A stretch of DNA of 50,832 nucleotides, filler included, from Jimgerdemannia flammicorona (Eukaryota): assembly GCA_003990765.1 (NCBI GenBank). It is 2 parts of 2 records of this genome, joined end to end, with 100 filler letters (N's around TTAATTAATTAA, not from the genome) between each part and the next. Parts side by side here need not be neighbours in the genome. Positions count along the whole stretch, not along the records: positions 25,474 to 50,832 come from RBNJ01000841.1; 1 more part is not named here. One strand, written 5' to 3'. The notes below the pieces were generated by a model. The model had not been told where the DNA came from. It searched no databases and saw only the letters and a list, made by a program, of their open reading frames with translations. Of this stretch, positions 48,035 through 50,832 are shown piece by piece (the stretch's first letter is position 1; every line of letters starts with the position of its first letter). The translations under genes were made by a program, and so were the position numbers.

Positions 48035-49115
48035 CTAATCTCGCTTGAGCGGGTACTGCTGGACCTCGACGCCAGCCTTGGTGACGATGAAGATTTCGAG
48101 GCAGTCGCCGGTAGTGATATTGCGCTCCGTCGCGGAGGTGAAGGCGTCCTTGGCTATGCGGAGGACGGTGTCGAGTGGGAGAAGCCGGCGCGTCACGTTG
48201 GCCTGGTTCTTAAAGCCGACCTGGGGAACGGGAGAGAGGGTGTGGCGATGAGTGGGTGGAGCTGAATGGCGGAAGGCCAGAAGGATCACAATCACAATCG
48301 GAACCACACATGTGCACACTAGGGGCTCCCATATTGAAGTTCACCGACATCACATCCTAATCATAATCCTAAGCGCGATATCCTCCCCCCTTCCACGAAA
48401 CACACAACACACCTGGTTATCCAGGAACGGCTGGATGAGCTCGGCAGCGGACCCGCTGGCGCGGTACGCGTGGCGCTCGTGGGAACCGACAGAATCGTAA
48501 CTGTAGACGGCCCCCTTGCCATGTGCGTCGAGACCGCCGAGGACGCAGAAGGCGTAGTAGGGGAAGAAACGCTTCAGGTACAGGGTGATGGAAAGCATTT
48601 GCGCGAGTGCAGGACAGGTCATCTCCTTGTCATGCGCGTGCTTGTACCACTATGCAAGGGATAAAAAAAAGTAGAGTTTTGGATTTTATTTCTCATGCGT
48701 TTCTCTGGGCTTGTTGAAGCTCGCAAATCGGCTGAGAATGAAAAATAGGGAAACGAGGACGAACCTCGAGCCTCTGCCCGATCCTCTTGACCAGCGTCTG
48801 GCCGTCGGCGTGGAAGCCGGAGGTGGCCAAGACGGCGGTGTTGGAAACCTTGTAGGCCTTTGGGGCATAGCGAGAGTTTACATGATAGTCGATGCTCTGT
48901 CGGGTGTCGGAGGCAATCACACAAAAGTCCTCACCGGCAATAGCGAGGGCAGAGCTAGAATTCGACAATAAGAAATGACGGTCGGTGGGGACGTTGAGGA
49001 CGAGACGCGTATTAGGGATTGCTATTCGTGACGTGGGTGTGGAGTGTGGATTGCTGAGAAGAGATACGTACCCGCCGTTATTTTCATAGGGGTTGAACCG
49101 GTGGTTATGAGACAT
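48035..49115 (-). CDS. PRE7: 20S proteasome subunit beta6 (Pre7/PSMB1)
   Basis: MSHNHRFNPYENNGG|SALAIAGEDFCVIASDTRQS..GFHADG..AQMLSITLYLKRFFPYY..GKGAVYSYDSVGS..LIQPFLDNQV..KDAFTSATERNITTGD..LKRD*. Confidence 0.96.
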
Positions 49116-49132
49116 GCTTGGTTCAAGGGGGG

Positions 49133-49218
49133 AATGGGAGCAATTGTTCAGGTCAGGTAAAAATGGGAGCAATTGTTCAGGTCAGGTAAAAATGGGAGCA
49201 ATGGTTCAGGTCAGGTAA
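49133..49218. repeat. Three 29-bp tandem repeats in the PRE7/PRE2 divergent intergenic region
   Basis: aatgggagcaattgttcaggtcaggtaaa x2, plus a third copy with one substitution that lacks the last base. Confidence 0.95.
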
Positions 49219-49342
49219 TGGGCTGAGTGTGTGCTGTTGCGTCACCGTTCAATGCAGTCACCAACCGTGATTACGTGTCCCAGCGCAAGAAAGTCACCTA
49301 AACATCCACTCATCCACTCCCTTTCCCCTCGCTCGATACACA

Positions 49343-50773
49343 ATGGACCGCTTCGTCGCAAAATACTCCGCCACCCTCAACCACCCCGTCTACGAGGACG
49401 AACTGCTCGGCCTTTCCGTCGGCAAGTGGGACGCCGCCCAGGACTTCGCCTTGCCTACCTTCGACGTACCCGCCGTCCATAACGTATAAAGTCGTCTCCG
49501 AAAGGGGTGTTTCGCGCGTTTTGTAGTGCTTCGAACCGTTGAAAGTACTCTTGGGAAAGCGTAGTTAATACCTTCATTTCAATAATCCACCGCACTCACT
49601 GCCAATTTCATCTTTCCCAGCCCATCGAGTTCCTGAGGGCCAACACCGACGAGCAGTCCGAAGACTACTGCATCAAGATCCAGCATGGCACCACCACCTT
49701 GGGCTTCGAGTTCCAGGGCGGTGTCATCATCGCCGTCGACTCCAGGGCCACCACCGGCAACTATATTTGTAAGCCTATCCTTCTCTTTAGACGTGTCTGG
49801 TGCATGATATCTTCTCCAACTCATCTCCAATGTGTCCATTTCCACCAATCCCTCTTCAAATCCATTTCCCAACTTCACCGCGTTCATTCATATTCGATCT
49901 TCACAGCTTCCCAAACCGTCAAGAAGGTCATCGAAATCAATCCATATCTCCTCGGCACGATGGCCGGTGGCGCCGCCGACTGTTCCTACTGGGAACGCGA
50001 GCTGGGCCGCCGCTGCCGCCTGTACGAGCTCAGGAACAAGGAGCGTATCTCTGTTGCCGCCGCGTCCAAGCTACTGGCCAACATGGTGTACGCGTACAGG
50101 GGGATGGGGCTGTCGATGGTGGGTTCCGGGGGGAGGGTGATGGAGCCTGTGACGGAGGTTGTGGTGGGAAGAGGGGGGGGGGAGGGGTTGGTGGGGAACG
50201 AACTGGGCAAGGATATTGTCCCTGACGTACACATATACTTCAATCTACGACGTTTAGGGCACGATGGTGGCCGGCTGGGACAAAACAGTACGTATCTCTC
50301 TCTATCACAACTTCCAGCCCAAACTCTGGTATCTCCCCCATCTCTTCACACTCCTCTCCTCTCCTCCAGGGCGCGAACCTGTTCTACGTGGACTCTGAAG
50401 GCTCCCGCTTCAAGGGCCAACGCTTCTCGGTCGGCTCCGGCTCGACCTACGCCTATGGCGTCCTAGACATGGGCTACGATTTTGACCTCAGTATTCTCGA
50501 CGCTCTCGAGCTCGGCAGGCGGTCTATCTACCACGCCACCCACCGCGATGCCATGTCCGGCGGCTACGTCAACTGTGAGTCGAGCCCTTCGGGTTTATTG
50601 CTGATTGTTTTTGGTTGTGACTGATTACGCTGATCATTATGATATCCCCTTTCCTCCGCCCAGTGTACCACGTTAACGAGGACGGGTGGACCTACCACGG
50701 CAACCACGATGTGGGGGTCTTGCACTACGAGTACCAGGACCTGAGGGCTAGGGAGTTACAGGTTGAGGTTTAG
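49343..50773 (+). CDS. PRE2: 20S proteasome subunit beta5 (Pre2/PSMB5), chymotrypsin-like catalytic subunit
   Basis: Propeptide, then [27 protein letters not shown] (Thr1 at 49690), [37 protein letters not shown] and [11 protein letters not shown]; stop TAG at 50771-50773. Confidence 0.97.
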
Positions 50774-50832
50774 TGGGGCCAGGTTGGATGAATTGGTCTG
50801 TTCAGTTTAATTTTTTTTTTTTTTTTTTTTTT

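Noticed and set aside
49133..49218. 29-bp repeats as a CRISPR array
   Set aside because: No spacers, eukaryotic context and no cas genes.

Overview
Intron-rich fungal genomic DNA. Gene style, poly-A/T introns and gene families suggest an early-diverging fungus, probably Mucoromycota; this is inference. CpG-normal gene islands hold DCAF1/VprBP, ANKRD40-like, a small CxxC-H protein, DSC2/UBAC2-like, a PD-(D/E)xK-like gene and head-to-head proteasome beta6/beta5 genes. They alternate with two nearly CpG-free, C>T/G>A hypermutated transposon blocks (~7.2-20.9 kb and ~25.5-44.8 kb), and an artificial 100-bp scaffold linker lies at 25374-25473. The blocks resolve into nested elements: two full-length L1/Tx1-like LINEs, three copies of a 1.2-kb non-autonomous retroposon, a LINE-derived minisatellite carrier, a hAT MITE, a deleted Ty3/chromovirus with dUTPase, and a 15.65-kb hAT element with a perfect 8-bp TSD. 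Main finding: this hAT carries a decayed, intron-containing TET/JBP-like dioxygenase gene (HxD...H) convergent with its transposase. A second homologous dioxygenase sits in a neighbouring element with the same terminus. Both appear to lack the usual 2-oxoglutarate-binding Arg. All protein calls in the decayed blocks come from manual translation and motif recognition, not database searches.
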